Positions 10,074-20,588 are shown, numbered from the stretch's first letter. The stretch is DNA of 64,000 nt from an uncultured Pedosphaera sp. (GCA_965214825.1 OZ243981.1:3583910-3647909), one strand, 5' to 3'. Notes: generated by a model from the letters alone, not told the origin. Numbers and translations: made by a program.

Positions 10074-10516
10074 TCAACCCATGGTAACATCGAGTTTCCC
10101 GACCAACTTATCGAAGAGTGGGTTGTCCGAGTTGCTGATCTTCAAATACTTTTCCGGGCAGTCATGGAGAGAGCCTCGGCTCTTTTACCGTGTCCGGTGC
10201 TTGCGAATGCTACCAGTGCGTCCAATAGCCACAAACCGATGTGCGGCTCCATCAAGAAAATTGAAGGCACCCCAAAACTCTCTTCCTATCGACTGACAAT
10301 ACGCGATGAAACATCGTGCGCCTTTCAATTGTTTGATAATATCGTTGCGTGCAGCTTTTGTTTTTTCATCTTAATATAGAGGATCAAGGTTTCGCCATTT
10401 TTTTCGGCAATCATCGAAGAGTGTTTGCATTCGCCCCGCTTCCCAACGAAAACCTTGTCAGGCGCCGGAAAAGCATCTACCTTCACTATAACAGTTCTCT
10501 CAGGCAGACCGCGCAA
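10074..10516 (-). pseudogene. decayed gene remnant of unknown family
   Basis: AT-rich patch. Minus-strand coding signal continues across a frame change at the A-run around 10355-10367 and an in-frame TAA at 10185-10187 (...ILYIKMKK / TKAARNDIIKQLKGARCFIAYCQSIGREFWGAFNFLDGAAHRF...* KSRGSLHDCPEKYLKISNSDNPLFDKLVGKLDVTMG*). Confidence 0.35.
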
Positions 10517-10699
10517 CTCAACCGACGAGGGCAGGCGAGTCGGGCGAAATGGCAGCCGGGGCGGGCGGTTTGGATTGCAGCATCACTGAATCTGCGCTAA
10601 TAGTGGGGGAGGAATTGGAGGGCATCCAAACGATTTTTCCGATTCCTCGCGCCGGTTCGTGGCCGGGCAACGAATAATCCGTCGCCAAAGACACTGTAT

Positions 10700-12013
10700 A
10701 TGGAAGCGATCAAACGTTGGTTGAGACGACAGCTTGCCAATCCTCAGGTGGCTCTTCTGGGAGTTCTTCTGCTGGTCGGCCTAGTGGTGATTTACTTTTT
10801 CGGTGGGATGCTGGCGCCCTTTCTTGCGGCTGTGGTCATCGCCTATCTTCTCGACGGCATCGCCCTCCGTATGCAACGCTTGGGCCTTCCCCGGCCGGCG
10901 GCCGTCGTAACTGTCTTCATTGGGTTTTTGGTAGGGATTGTGCTGCTGTGCTTCGTCTTGCTTCCGTCTATCGTCAGCCAAGTCCAGAGTTTTGTTGTAG
11001 ATGGCAGCCCCAAAATCATCCAAACGGCAAAAACCGCTTACGACGAGTTGCAAAAATCGGCCAAACATTGGCTCACCAAGTTCGGGGAGAATGCCGGCAA
11101 TGGAGAAAATGCGGAGCGTCCCGACAATGAACTGGCGGCAGCTCAAGGAACGCCGCCCGGTGGCAAGACGTCAAGCCTGCGCTCAACATACACGGGAGCG
11201 CTCACAAACTCATCGGGAGAAAAGACGCCGGAAACGAAAACTGCCGACACCTACCAAAGCGCGGCCGGACAAAACAATCCGGAGAAAGGCGCCGGAAGTT
11301 CTGGCAGCAATCAATTTGATTTAGGCCAACAGATCACGACGATCGGTACAGCTATCGGCACCACATTGCTCGGTGCATTCAGAAACGTCGTTGTCTGGAT
11401 TGTATACCTTGTGCTGATTCCCGTCATGGTGCTCTTTATGCTAAAAGATAAAGAAAAAATTATCGCCTGGTTGATTCAGTTTTTGCCCAAGGACCGCTCA
11501 CTGGCCGCGCAAGTTTGGCATGATGTCAACATTCAAACTGGCAATTATATTCGCGGCAAGTTTTGGGAAATCATCATTGTATGGTCTGTAACTTACGTAA
11601 CCTTTAGTTTGTTCGGTCTGAAGACGGCGCTGTTGCTTTCTTTCTTCGTGGGGTTATCCGTTCTAGTGCCATATGTGGGCGCCGCTGTCATGTATATCCC
11701 GATCACTCTCGCGGCGTTTGATCACGCAGCATTCGACCAGTCCGGCAATTGGAATCAGAAAATATTCTGGGAAGTGTTTTGGATTTTGGCCGCTTATACT
11801 ATTATTCAAATTCTCGATGGGAATGTCTTGGCGCCTATCCTTTTTTCGGATGTGACGAGCATGCATCCGGTGGCCATCATTTTGGCGATTTTGATCTTTG
11901 GGGGGCTGTGGGGTTTTTGGGGAGTATTTTTTGCCATTCCTCTCGCCACTTTGGTGCATGCGGTGATCAAGGCATGGCCGAAAGAGTTCATCCAGCAGCC
12001 GCCGGAGGGATGA
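10700..12013 (+). CDS. AI-2E family (PerM/UPF0118) transporter with low-complexity loop insert
   Basis: TM-rich. GNYIRGKFWEIIIV...LVPYVGAAV...ILDGNVLAPILFS...GGLWGFWGVFFAIPLA matches the AI-2E family. A ~100-aa Gly/Ser/Thr-rich insert follows TM3. Confidence 0.8.
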   Translation: MEAIKRWLRRQLANPQVALLGVLLLVGLVVIYFFGGMLAPFLAAVVIAYLLDGIALRMQRLGLPRPAAVVTVFIGFLVGIVLLCFVLLPSIVSQVQSFVVDGSPKIIQTAKTAYDELQKSAKHWLTKFGENAGNGENAERPDNELAAAQGTPPGGKTSSLRSTYTGALTNSSGEKTPETKTADTYQSAAGQNNPEKGAGSSGSNQFDLGQQITTIGTAIGTTLLGAFRNVVVWIVYLVLIPVMVLFMLKDKEKIIAWLIQFLPKDRSLAAQVWHDVNIQTGNYIRGKFWEIIIVWSVTYVTFSLFGLKTALLLSFFVGLSVLVPYVGAAVMYIPITLAAFDHAAFDQSGNWNQKIFWEVFWILAAYTIIQILDGNVLAPILFSDVTSMHPVAIILAILIFGGLWGFWGVFFAIPLATLVHAVIKAWPKEFIQQPPEG

Positions 12014-12104
12014 GGAGACCGGCATGGACCGCCGGCTTTTTAGTTTGGAATGCCGGCAATTTCTTGTCCTGCCTCACAGCGAAAGGCCGCATTGTCTTCC
12101 CGCC

Positions 12105-13004
12105 ATGATGTCGATTCCATTTTATATGGCGTTGCCGCTGATGGCAGCTCTTATGTATGCCTACGGCAGCTTGTATTTTAAAGAGGCGTTCAAGCATGGC
12201 ATCGGCGTGAATCAGGCTTTTGTGGTGACGAGCTGGGTGATGGCACTGGTGTTTGTCCCGATGATTTTCTTTGAGCGTGAGCGGCCGGAGTGGATCGAGT
12301 GTGCTAAGCCCCTCGCTTGTGCGTTGTTTTTTCTAGCGGGGCATTGGTTCACTTTTGCCGCTTTCCGGCGGGGCGAGATGTCTGTTGTTGTTCCCGCTAT
12401 GGGGACTAAGGCCGTTTTTGTCGCCGTCGGTGCGGCGGCCTGGTTCGGCAAGGAGATTCCTTCGGGCATGTGGTTAGCGGCTATCTTGGCGGCAGTCGGC
12501 ATTTTCATTCTGGGAAGAAGCGATATCCAGCACGCTGCCAGCATCTCTCCGGCTCTTTTGCTGGCAATTTTGAGCGCGGCCGGGTTCGGTTTATGCGATG
12601 CCGCTGTGCAAGCCTGGGCGCCTGAATACGGCGCCAAAGGTTTCCTGGGCGCTATGTTTCTTGCGACCGCCCTGCTGTCGACCGTCTCTTTGAAGGCAGC
12701 GAACCAGCCGTTGAGGGACGCGGACAGGGCAGGCATGAAGGCGTTGATCATCGGCGCGGCCATTATCGCGATTCAGGGGATTCTCGTGGCGATTTCCGTA
12801 GTCAGCTTTGACAACGCTACGGGAGTGAATGTGGTCTACAGTTCCCGCGGTCTTTGGTCTGTGCTGTTGGTTTGGCATTTGGGGCACCGGTTCCATTCGC
12901 TGGAAGACCGCCAGAATCCAAAAATTTTCTTCTCCCGTCTGGCGGGCGCTGGCATTATGATCTTTGCGGTGGTGCTGGCAACGTGGGAAAGTGCCAAGGA
13001 ATGA
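12105..13004 (+). CDS. EamA/DMT-family transporter
   Basis: About 10 predicted TM helices in two halves. ATG at 12105 (MMSIPFYMALPLMAAL) chosen over the upstream start at 12024. Confidence 0.6.
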   Translation: MMSIPFYMALPLMAALMYAYGSLYFKEAFKHGIGVNQAFVVTSWVMALVFVPMIFFERERPEWIECAKPLACALFFLAGHWFTFAAFRRGEMSVVVPAMGTKAVFVAVGAAAWFGKEIPSGMWLAAILAAVGIFILGRSDIQHAASISPALLLAILSAAGFGLCDAAVQAWAPEYGAKGFLGAMFLATALLSTVSLKAANQPLRDADRAGMKALIIGAAIIAIQGILVAISVVSFDNATGVNVVYSSRGLWSVLLVWHLGHRFHSLEDRQNPKIFFSRLAGAGIMIFAVVLATWESAKE

Positions 13005-13068
13005 TCTTCGGGAATTTCTCCGGCAGTTTCCCGCCGCATTCGTTCCCGCCGGGGACATAACAAGCACG

Positions 13069-16000
13069 ATGATGATATTTGTCAAACGGCTTTGCCAACT
13101 TCCTCTTTACCAGCTTGCGCTCATTCTGCTTCTCGCAACCCTCGCCGGCTTGCCGGCTGTCCGGGGCGAATTGCTCGTTTCGGAAATGATGTATCACCCG
13201 GCCGCCGCGCCGGAACTGGACGACCCCGAAGCGGGAGAGTTTTTAGAGCTTTTCAATGCCGGCTCTGAGCCAGTGGACCTTTCAGGTTTTTACTTCGACC
13301 GCGGCATTGCCTACACCTTTCCCGTCGGAACGAGCATTGCCGCCAACGAGCGCCTTGTCCTCGCAAAGAACCCGGCCTTCATGGCCGCAAGCTACGGCAT
13401 CAACGAACCTTTGGGGAGCTACGAGGGACGCCTCGACAACTCCGGGGAACAACTGCGGCTGAAAGACGCAAACGGCAATACCCGAATCGACTTTCGCTAC
13501 GGCGTCCACGGAGACTGGCCCGCCGCGCCGAACGGCACTGGGCATTCTCTGGTGTTTTCCCAGCCCGCCGGCGACCCAGAATGCGGCCGGGACTGGAGCG
13601 CCAGCCGCGAGAGAAACGGTTCTCCCGGCCGACCTGAGCCGAGTGAGATAGAGCCAACCACGCGGCGGCTGATTCAAAAAGGAACGATTGGCTGGTATTT
13701 CAAAGGCACGAAAGAACCCTCTGACGGAACCACCAAATGGGCGGCGAACAGCTTCATCCCGGACCACGAATGGCTTCAAGGCGGCAGCGGATACGGCTAC
13801 AGCAGCGAAGCGGATGAACTGGCGCCCGTTTCCACCCGTTTGCCCGATATGCGCGGCAATTATGTTGCGCTCTACCTCCGGCTCGACTTCAACCTGTCCC
13901 AAGACGAACTGAAGCGCTTGGCCTCGCTCGTCCTGACTATGCACTACGACGACAGCTATGTCGCTTATCTCAACGGCGTCCGCGTGGCTTCCACGGGAGT
14001 TAATGGCAACCCGCCGGCCTTTGATCAGAGGTCCATTGCCGGCGAGGATTATCTGCCCGACATCATTGACCTGACCGCCCGCCGAGACCTCCTGATCGCC
14101 AGCGCGAATGTATTGGCCGTCCAAGGCCATAACGTGGGCTTGAACAACAGCTCCGATTTTGTGCTGGCGCCGGAACTCGACCTCACCCTCCAACCCGCGC
14201 AAACCCCCGACGAAGCCCGGCGCCAAATCATTATCAACGAAATCCAGGCCAACCACAGCGCCGAACCGGACTTCGTCGAACTCTACAACCCTGCTGACGA
14301 ACCGATCGCCATCGGCGGGATGTGGTTGTCGGATGACAGCGGCCAGCTCGACAAACATTCCATCCCGGAAAATACAAGCCTCGGCGCCAAGGAATTCCTG
14401 GCCATTCCCGTGTCGGCAGGAACGACCGGCTTTGCTTTGGGCGCCCGAGGCGACGCCGTCTTCCTCACCGCTCCAGACCTTTCCTTCGTGGCCGCTGCAT
14501 ATGCTTTCGGGCCGCAACTCTCGGATACCTCCATCGGGCGCTTTCCCGCCAGCGGCGTCAATTGGTATCGAAGCGCTGAACCATCCCCCAACGCCGCCAA
14601 CAACCGCTCCTTCGCGCCCCAGGCAGTTCTCAGCGAACTGATGTATCACGACCCGCTCTCGCAGGGAAACGAATACATCGAACTGCGTGTTCTCGGAGAC
14701 CAGCCCGTCGCAGCGGATCGCTGGGAATTGAACGGTGTCCGATTTCAGTTCGACTCCGAAACCGTCCTCGCTCCGGGGCGCTTCTACCTGGTTGCTGACG
14801 GGTCCAGCAACATCATAGAACGTTACAACATCCCGCCGGAAATCATACTTGGCAACTACGCCGGCTCCTTGAGCAACGGCGGGGAGCGGGTGAGCCTTCT
14901 GGACGCTGACGACATCATCGTTGACACTGTCCGTTATGAGGACGATGTCCCGTGGCCGATCACCGCCGACGGCTTGGGCGCTTCTCTGGAACGCAACTGT
15001 TTCGCCGCTCCCTTCGACACCCCCAGCGCCTGGTCAGCCTCGCCGCTCCATCGCCCCTCGCCGGGAAGTTCGAATTACTTTGAAGATTGCCAAGAGCCGG
15101 CCGCTTCCTCTATCTACATCTCGGAATTCGTCTATCACGCCGCCACTCGAACTGAAGACGACCGCACGACGGAGTTCATCGAACTGACCAATGCCGGAGC
15201 CGAAACCGTCTCCCTGGAAGGCTGGGCGCTCGCCGGCGACATCTTCCATCCGTTCCCGCCAAGCACCGCCCTTGCCCCCAGCCAATGCCTGCTGGCAGCC
15301 TGGTCTCCCCCGCAGTTGGCGGACAAATACTCACTGAACCCGGCAACGATTCAAGGCCCCTACCAAGGCGAACTTTCCAACGGCGGTGGGCACATCTTGC
15401 TGGTTCGCGCCGACGGCCGGCTGGCCGACCACATCCGCTACGACGACGATTTCCCATGGCCATCGCTGGCCGACGGAACAGCAGGAGAACCAGCGGGCGA
15501 TGTGTCCCTCAGACGCCTCTGCCTGAAACTCCCCGGTGATGCCCCCGCCAACTGGACAGCCGAAACCAGCCCCTCGCCCGGAATCGCCCAATCGGAGCCA
15601 GCCGACTGCGCCCCGCCTTCCACCGTCATCGCAACGGGAACCCAGCCACCCACCGTCACTCGTCAAACCGAACCAACACTATTCTCCACCTTCGCCGGCA
15701 ACGCGCCCAAATCCGTTCAAATCATCTACTGGATCGACAACCCGGAACGCGAAAACGAACCCCGCGTCACCCTCGCGATGAACGACAACGGCACCGCCGG
15801 CGATGCCCAAGCCGACGACCAAACATGGAGCGTTCGACTTCCAAAACTCCCGGACAACTCCATCGTCCGCTACAAAATCGCCTACCAAACCAACAGCCGC
15901 CGCCGCGAATCACCAGCACCCCAACGCGACGCCTTCCCCTGGCACGCCTACTTCGTCGACCCGCAAAGTGGAACTAACTTGCCCCACGCCGGTCACCTCT

Positions 16001-17364
16001 TCCTCTCCGCCGCCAACTGGCGTGCCCTGCACCGAGCCACCGCCCCCGGCCGAGTCGCCGGCAATCAGGCCAACCCAAACTGGAACAAAGAAGTACCGGC
16101 CGTCTTCATCGCCACCGGCAGCATCCACGACGTCTCAGTCCGGCACCAAGGCAGCCGCTGGAACCGAAACAACGGCAGCACCATCCCCTTCCAATGCACC
16201 TCCCACCAAGACAACCGGGCACAAGTCAGAAGCTGGCGGATCGACTTCCCCTCCTACCGCAACTACAGCGGCATGGACACCATCATCCTGCAAAAACAAT
16301 CCGGCTGGCCACAACACATCTCCTTCAAAATGTTCAAGCTGGCCGGCATCCCAGCACCAAAAACCAGTTGGGCCAAACTGCGCATCAACGGCTGCGACTA
16401 TAACGCCGACGCCTTCCTAATCGAACGCCCCGGCCGCGATCTTGTTGCCCGTTGGTTCAGCGAAGTTGGCGACCTCTTCAAATCTCAGGGCTACACAGGA
16501 AACGAAGGCCCCTGGAGCTGGGGCGACGAGCGACTCATCCGAAGACACCTCAACGGATACACCCAACAAGAACGATACGAACACACCTATAACCGCAAAA
16601 CATTGACCTGGAAAAACCGCCCCGCCGACGGCATCCCCGACGCACCCCAAGCCATGATCGAAGGCCTGCACCAAGCCAGAAAAGCCAGCCCGGAAACCCT
16701 TCGCCGCTGGCTCGCCGAACACTTCGACATCGACCGCACCCTCCGCTACATCTGCACCATCAACTACGTCGGCACCTTCGACGACATGTTCCAAAACCAT
16801 TATCTTTACAAAAAAGCCGAAGACGGCAAATGGTGCCTCCTCCCATGGGACATGGACAACACCCTAGGTGGCGCCTTCGGAGAAACCACCGCCAACCCCT
16901 TCCGAGGCGTGAACGAAACCCGCCACGGCAACGTGGGCAACCGCAGCGGCTGGTGGAACCGCATCAAAGACTCCTTCTTCATCGCCTACGAACCCGAATT
17001 CCTCGCCACATTCCACCAACTCAACAACACCGTCCACTCCCCCGAAGCCCTCCTGCCCATCGTCCAAGAAGGCGCCGCCGCCCGCGGCCTCAGCCAGCGC
17101 TCCGTCGAAACCCTGATGCGCCACATCCGCCACCGGCACAACTACTTGAACCGATTCATCGAACGCCGCCTGCCCCCGCCAACCCTCGCCCTGAAAACAA
17201 CCACCGAAGGCATCCTCCTCGAATGGGACCATCGCGCAGGCTACGCGCTAGAAACCGCTGCAGAAATAGACGGCCATTGGAGTGAAATGCCGGCAGCCGG
17301 CAACCGCTTCCTCGTTCACCCGGACCAACAAAGCGCCTTCTTCAGACTGGCCCGCCGCAATTAA
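13069..17364 (+). CDS. secreted lamin-tail-domain (x4) / CotH-family giant protein
   Basis: Signal peptide after ATG 13069. Four LTD-like modules (LLVSEMMYHPA..EFLELFNAG; IIINEIQAN..FVELYNPAD; VLSELMYHD..EYIELRVLG; IYISEFVYH..EFIELTNAG). C-terminal CotH-like region (FKLAGIPAPKTSWAKLRINGCDYNADAFLIERP). Confidence 0.8.
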   Translation: MMIFVKRLCQLPLYQLALILLLATLAGLPAVRGELLVSEMMYHPAAAPELDDPEAGEFLELFNAGSEPVDLSGFYFDRGIAYTFPVGTSIAANERLVLAKNPAFMAASYGINEPLGSYEGRLDNSGEQLRLKDANGNTRIDFRYGVHGDWPAAPNGTGHSLVFSQPAGDPECGRDWSASRERNGSPGRPEPSEIEPTTRRLIQKGTIGWYFKGTKEPSDGTTKWAANSFIPDHEWLQGGSGYGYSSEADELAPVSTRLPDMRGNYVALYLRLDFNLSQDELKRLASLVLTMHYDDSYVAYLNGVRVASTGVNGNPPAFDQRSIAGEDYLPDIIDLTARRDLLIASANVLAVQGHNVGLNNSSDFVLAPELDLTLQPAQTPDEARRQIIINEIQANHSAEPDFVELYNPADEPIAIGGMWLSDDSGQLDKHSIPENTSLGAKEFLAIPVSAGTTGFALGARGDAVFLTAPDLSFVAAAYAFGPQLSDTSIGRFPASGVNWYRSAEPSPNAANNRSFAPQAVLSELMYHDPLSQGNEYIELRVLGDQPVAADRWELNGVRFQFDSETVLAPGRFYLVADGSSNIIERYNIPPEIILGNYAGSLSNGGERVSLLDADDIIVDTVRYEDDVPWPITADGLGASLERNCFAAPFDTPSAWSASPLHRPSPGSSNYFEDCQEPAASSIYISEFVYHAATRTEDDRTTEFIELTNAGAETVSLEGWALAGDIFHPFPPSTALAPSQCLLAAWSPPQLADKYSLNPATIQGPYQGELSNGGGHILLVRADGRLADHIRYDDDFPWPSLADGTAGEPAGDVSLRRLCLKLPGDAPANWTAETSPSPGIAQSEPADCAPPSTVIATGTQPPTVTRQTEPTLFSTFAGNAPKSVQIIYWIDNPERENEPRVTLAMNDNGTAGDAQADDQTWSVRLPKLPDNSIVRYKIAYQTNSRRRESPAPQRDAFPWHAYFVDPQSGTNLPHAGHLFLSAANWRALHRATAPGRVAGNQANPNWNKEVPAVFIATGSIHDVSVRHQGSRWNRNNGSTIPFQCTSHQDNRAQVRSWRIDFPSYRNYSGMDTIILQKQSGWPQHISFKMFKLAGIPAPKTSWAKLRINGCDYNADAFLIERPGRDLVARWFSEVGDLFKSQGYTGNEGPWSWGDERLIRRHLNGYTQQERYEHTYNRKTLTWKNRPADGIPDAPQAMIEGLHQARKASPETLRRWLAEHFDIDRTLRYICTINYVGTFDDMFQNHYLYKKAEDGKWCLLPWDMDNTLGGAFGETTANPFRGVNETRHGNVGNRSGWWNRIKDSFFIAYEPEFLATFHQLNNTVHSPEALLPIVQEGAAARGLSQRSVETLMRHIRHRHNYLNRFIERRLPPPTLALKTTTEGILLEWDHRAGYALETAAEIDGHWSEMPAAGNRFLVHPDQQSAFFRLARRN

Positions 17365-17443
17365 CGTGCCGCCAATCCTCAACGGCAGCCCGCGCCGACA
17401 CTTTCGCCTCGCAAAAAAAGAACGTCGCCCAGAAGGTACCCGC

Positions 17444-18400
17444 ATGAAAACCGCCGCCCTCTTTGCCTTGTCCTTCACCGGCGCCGCCCTGCTGCCGCTC
17501 CCGATTCGGGGGCAAGCCGCCGTCGCCACTTCGTCCCATCTCCCCGGCTCAGTCGCCGAAGTATACAAAACAATCAGTCCGGTCAAACTGCGCCTCTACC
17601 GCTACGGCCAAAACGACCCGGAGAACCAGCAACCCAAACCCGCCATCGTCTTCTTCTTCGGCGGCGGCTGGCGCAATGGCACGCCGAAACAATTTCAACA
17701 TCACTGCCGATACTTCGCCTCGCGCGGCATGATCGCCATGACCGCCGATTACCGGGTGGCCTCCCGGCACCGCACCCAAGCGCTGCAATGCGTCCTGGAC
17801 GCCAAATCCGCCGTTCGATGGATTCGCCAAAATGCCCTCCGGCTCGGTGTGGACTCCGACCGCATCATTGCTGCCGGCGGCTCCGCCGGCGGCCACATCG
17901 CCGCCTGTGCGGGGCTCGTCTCAGGCATCGAAGAACACCAGGAAGACCTTACAACCTCTTCGCGGCCCAATGCCATGATCCTGTTCAACCCCGCCCTCGT
18001 ATTGGATAACGTCCAAGGCCGCCCCGCTTTCGACCCCGAAAAACTTGCCAACCTCAAGCAACGCCTGGGAACCCCGGTGAAAAATCTCTCCCCCATTCAC
18101 CATGTCAAAGCAAATGCCCCGCCCGCTTTGATCCTTCACGGCCAAGCCGACAAAACCGTCCCCTACTGGACAGCACAAGCGTTCCAAGACGCCATGCTCT
18201 CACAGGGCAATCAATGCCAACTCCTCGGCTACTCCGGCCAACCCCATGCGTTCTTCAACTTCGGCCGCAAGGGAAACGAGTATTTCCGGCGGACACTTCA
18301 AGCGGCAGACCGTTACCTTGTCGCCCTAGGATACCTGCAAGGCGAAGATACGGTGGAGCGTTATCTGGCCGCCTTGGAACAATCGGGCAATTCCGATTGA
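17444..18400 (+). CDS. secreted alpha/beta-hydrolase (esterase/lipase type)
   Basis: ATG 17444 with AGAAGG upstream, signal peptide [17 protein letters not shown], oxyanion FFFGGGW, nucleophile elbow [18 protein letters not shown]. Confidence 0.75.
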   Translation: MKTAALFALSFTGAALLPLPIRGQAAVATSSHLPGSVAEVYKTISPVKLRLYRYGQNDPENQQPKPAIVFFFGGGWRNGTPKQFQHHCRYFASRGMIAMTADYRVASRHRTQALQCVLDAKSAVRWIRQNALRLGVDSDRIIAAGGSAGGHIAACAGLVSGIEEHQEDLTTSSRPNAMILFNPALVLDNVQGRPAFDPEKLANLKQRLGTPVKNLSPIHHVKANAPPALILHGQADKTVPYWTAQAFQDAMLSQGNQCQLLGYSGQPHAFFNFGRKGNEYFRRTLQAADRYLVALGYLQGEDTVERYLAALEQSGNSD

Positions 18401-19632
18401 TCCCCGCCGCCAAGTCCCGGCAACTTCGCCTTCTCGGCGATTTGTTGCACATCTTTATCGCCCCGGCCGGAAAGATTGGCAATGAGGAGGCTTTCCGGGG
18501 ACATCTTCGGGGCGCGTTCGATGATGGCGGCAATGGCATGGGCAGATTCCAAAGCGGGAATAATGCCTTCCAATCGGGAGAGCTTTAGACAAGCCGCGAC
18601 GGCTTGATCGTCAGTGGCATAGCTGTATTCGGCGCGTTGCTGATCGCGGAGCCAGGCATGTTCGGGGCCAACTGCAGCGTAGTCCAGCCCGGCCGAAACG
18701 CTGTGAGTCAACTGAATCTGGCCGTGTTCATCCTGAAGAATATAGGACCGTGTGCCTTGCAACACGCCGAGCGAGCCGCCTTGAAATCGAGCCGCATGGC
18801 GTTCTGGTTCGATGCCTTCGCCGCCTGCTTCGATCCCCAGCAACCGCACCGGCGCATCGCTCAGGAAGGGGTAGAAGAGCCCGATGGCGTTGGAACCGCC
18901 GCCGACGCAGGCCACTAGGAGATCGGGAAGCCGTTCTTCCTGTTCGAGTATTTGCCGCCGTGTTTCATCCCCGATGACCCGTTGGAAGTTGCGTACCATG
19001 ACCGGGTAAGGATGCGCTCCGTAGGCGGTTCCGAGGATGTAATGGGTGTTGCGGACGTGGGTCGTCCAATCGCGCATGGCTTCGTTGACGGCTTCTTTGA
19101 GCGTGCGCTGGCCGGCGGACACGGGGCGGACTTCGGCGCCGAGCATTTTCATGCGAAAGACATTCAACGCCTGGCGGCGGCAGTCGAGTTCGCCCATGTA
19201 AATCACGCATTTCAGCCCGAACATGGCGGCGACGGTAGCGGTGGCGACACCGTGTTGGCCGGCGCCGGTTTCGGCGATGACGCGCGTTTTCCCCATGCGT
19301 TTGGCGAGGAGAATCTGCCCCATGCAGTTGTTGATTTTGTGCGCTCCGGTGTGGAGCAGGTCTTCCCGTTTGAGATAGATTTTGGCGCCGCCGAGGGCTT
19401 GGGTGAGGCGTTCCGCATAGTAGAGCGGCGTGGGACGACCGCAGAATTCCCGCAAGTAGTATTGGAGTTCGTTTTGAAATCCGGAGTCTGTTTGCGCTCG
19501 GAAGTATTCCTCTTCCAGCTCTTGCAAGGGGTGCATTAAGGTCTCCGGCACATAACGGCCGCCATATGGTCCGAAACGGCCGTTTGAATCGGGCAGCGTT
19601 GACGGCGCGGCGGTTGGGACGCTGTCGCTCAT
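18361..19632 (-). CDS. trpB: tryptophan synthase beta chain
   Basis: [40 protein letters not shown]. The 3' end overlaps the convergent hydrolase gene by 40 nt. Confidence 0.95.
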   Translation of the reverse strand: MSDSVPTAAPSTLPDSNGRFGPYGGRYVPETLMHPLQELEEEYFRAQTDSGFQNELQYYLREFCGRPTPLYYAERLTQALGGAKIYLKREDLLHTGAHKINNCMGQILLAKRMGKTRVIAETGAGQHGVATATVAAMFGLKCVIYMGELDCRRQALNVFRMKMLGAEVRPVSAGQRTLKEAVNEAMRDWTTHVRNTHYILGTAYGAHPYPVMVRNFQRVIGDETRRQILEQEERLPDLLVACVGGGSNAIGLFYPFLSDAPVRLLGIEAGGEGIEPERHAARFQGGSLGVLQGTRSYILQDEHGQIQLTHSVSAGLDYAAVGPEHAWLRDQQRAEYSYATDDQAVAACLKLSRLEGIIPALESAHAIAAIIERAPKMSPESLLIANLSGRGDKDVQQIAEKAKLPGLGGGDQSELPDCSKAAR

Positions 19633-19669
19633 GCCGCCACTTTATCCCGAATTCCGCAAACCGCCAATC

Positions 19670-19830
19670 CGCAAAAAGCATTTATGGGCTTTGATGGTTT
19701 TGGAGGGCGATTTCGTTCGAGACATATGGATGGACAGGAGGCACAGGATTGGATTTTTTGTTAAGCGGGTGGCGGGCAACGGGTCGAGTGCCTGCGCGTC
19801 ACCCTGTTAAGCCTGTAAATATTTATCGCG
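19670..19830 (+). mobile_element. MITE copy A (IS1595-related TIRs), 161 bp
   Basis: Starts CGCAAAAAGCATTTATGGGCTT and ends AAGCCTGTAAATATTTATCGCG (inverted repeat). Flanked by cgccaatc (19662-19669) and cgtcaatc (19831-19838), a 7/8 match. Alignable end to end with copies B, C and D. Strand is arbitrary, relative to this copy. Confidence 0.85.
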
Positions 19831-19859
19831 CGTCAATCCCCTCTGTGTCATCAGCCAGT

Positions 19860-20588
19860 TCAGCGGGAATGCTTCCACAACGCTTTCAAGGCATGCAAGC
19901 CGTCGCGGATGCGGATTTTCTTGCCTTCCCGGGCAGTGCGACCGCGGTAATGGATGGGCACTTCCGCCACACGCACTTTGCCTTGCCGAACGAGTTTGGC
20001 GAGTTTGGCGGTTATCTCCGGACAGAACTCGAACCCATCTTCGGTCAATTGCACGCGCTGGAGCGTCTCGCGTTTGAACAGCTTGTAACACGTCGCCTCA
20101 TCGGTCAGTTGCAAGCCCGTCAACCGGTTGCTAATCCGCGTCAGCAACCGGTTGCCCAGCGTGTGCCATCGCGGGTTGCTGCCGGCCTGCAAACCGCGAA
20201 GAAAGCGCGAGCCGTAAACTGCATCGGCTTGGCCGCGAAGGATGGGCGCGAGCAGTTGGGGATAATCCTCCGGGCTATACTCCAGGTCGGCATCTTGAAT
20301 CAAAATCAACGGCGCGTCGAGGTGCTGCAAAGCAGTTCGGATGGCTGCCCCTTTGCCGCGGTTTCGCTCGTGGCGGAGGGTTTGCACGCGCGGGTCTTTC
20401 TGCCGCCAATGCTCCAGTTTCGCCCAGGAACCATCGCTCGAACCGTCGTCCACAGCTGCCAGCTGTGAACATTCCGGCCGAGCCAACACCCGCTCGAAGA
20501 CGGCGTCTAACCAACGCTCCTCGTTGAACACCGGCACGACAATCCCCAGCGAAGGCTCTATGGAGGCGTCCGGCGTCATCCTCGGCAC
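19860..20588 (-). CDS. family 2 glycosyltransferase (polyprenol-phosphate sugar synthase-like)
   Basis: IVVPVFNEE...AVDDGSSDGS...IQDADLEYSPEDY are GT2 signatures. Confidence 0.8.
   Translation of the reverse strand: MPRMTPDASIEPSLGIVVPVFNEERWLDAVFERVLARPECSQLAAVDDGSSDGSWAKLEHWRQKDPRVQTLRHERNRGKGAAIRTALQHLDAPLILIQDADLEYSPEDYPQLLAPILRGQADAVYGSRFLRGLQAGSNPRWHTLGNRLLTRISNRLTGLQLTDEATCYKLFKRETLQRVQLTEDGFEFCPEITAKLAKLVRQGKVRVAEVPIHYRGRTAREGKKIRIRDGLHALKALWKHSR

Noticed and set aside
13282-14649. 455-aa antisense ORF inside the LTD/CotH gene. Comparable antisense ORFs are 19749..20468, 21733..22884, 31101..32450, 32938..34086, 35057..36385, 48553..49398 and 62043..63353.
   Set aside because: Each lies opposite a gene with strong family motifs. 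Long antisense ORFs are expected at this GC content, and none shows recognisable motifs.
18361-18400. 40-nt convergent overlap of the hydrolase and trpB 3' ends.
   Set aside because: It is explained by a ~25-aa non-conserved C-terminal tail on TrpB running to the first stop. There is no evidence of any functional significance.
19670-19830. Outward promoter function of the MITEs (TTGACA/TTAACA box in the interior).
   Set aside because: Orientation relative to neighbouring genes is inconsistent: it points toward trpB in copy A but antisense to secA in copy D. There is no clear -10 element at the right spacing. It is left as something to test, not claimed.
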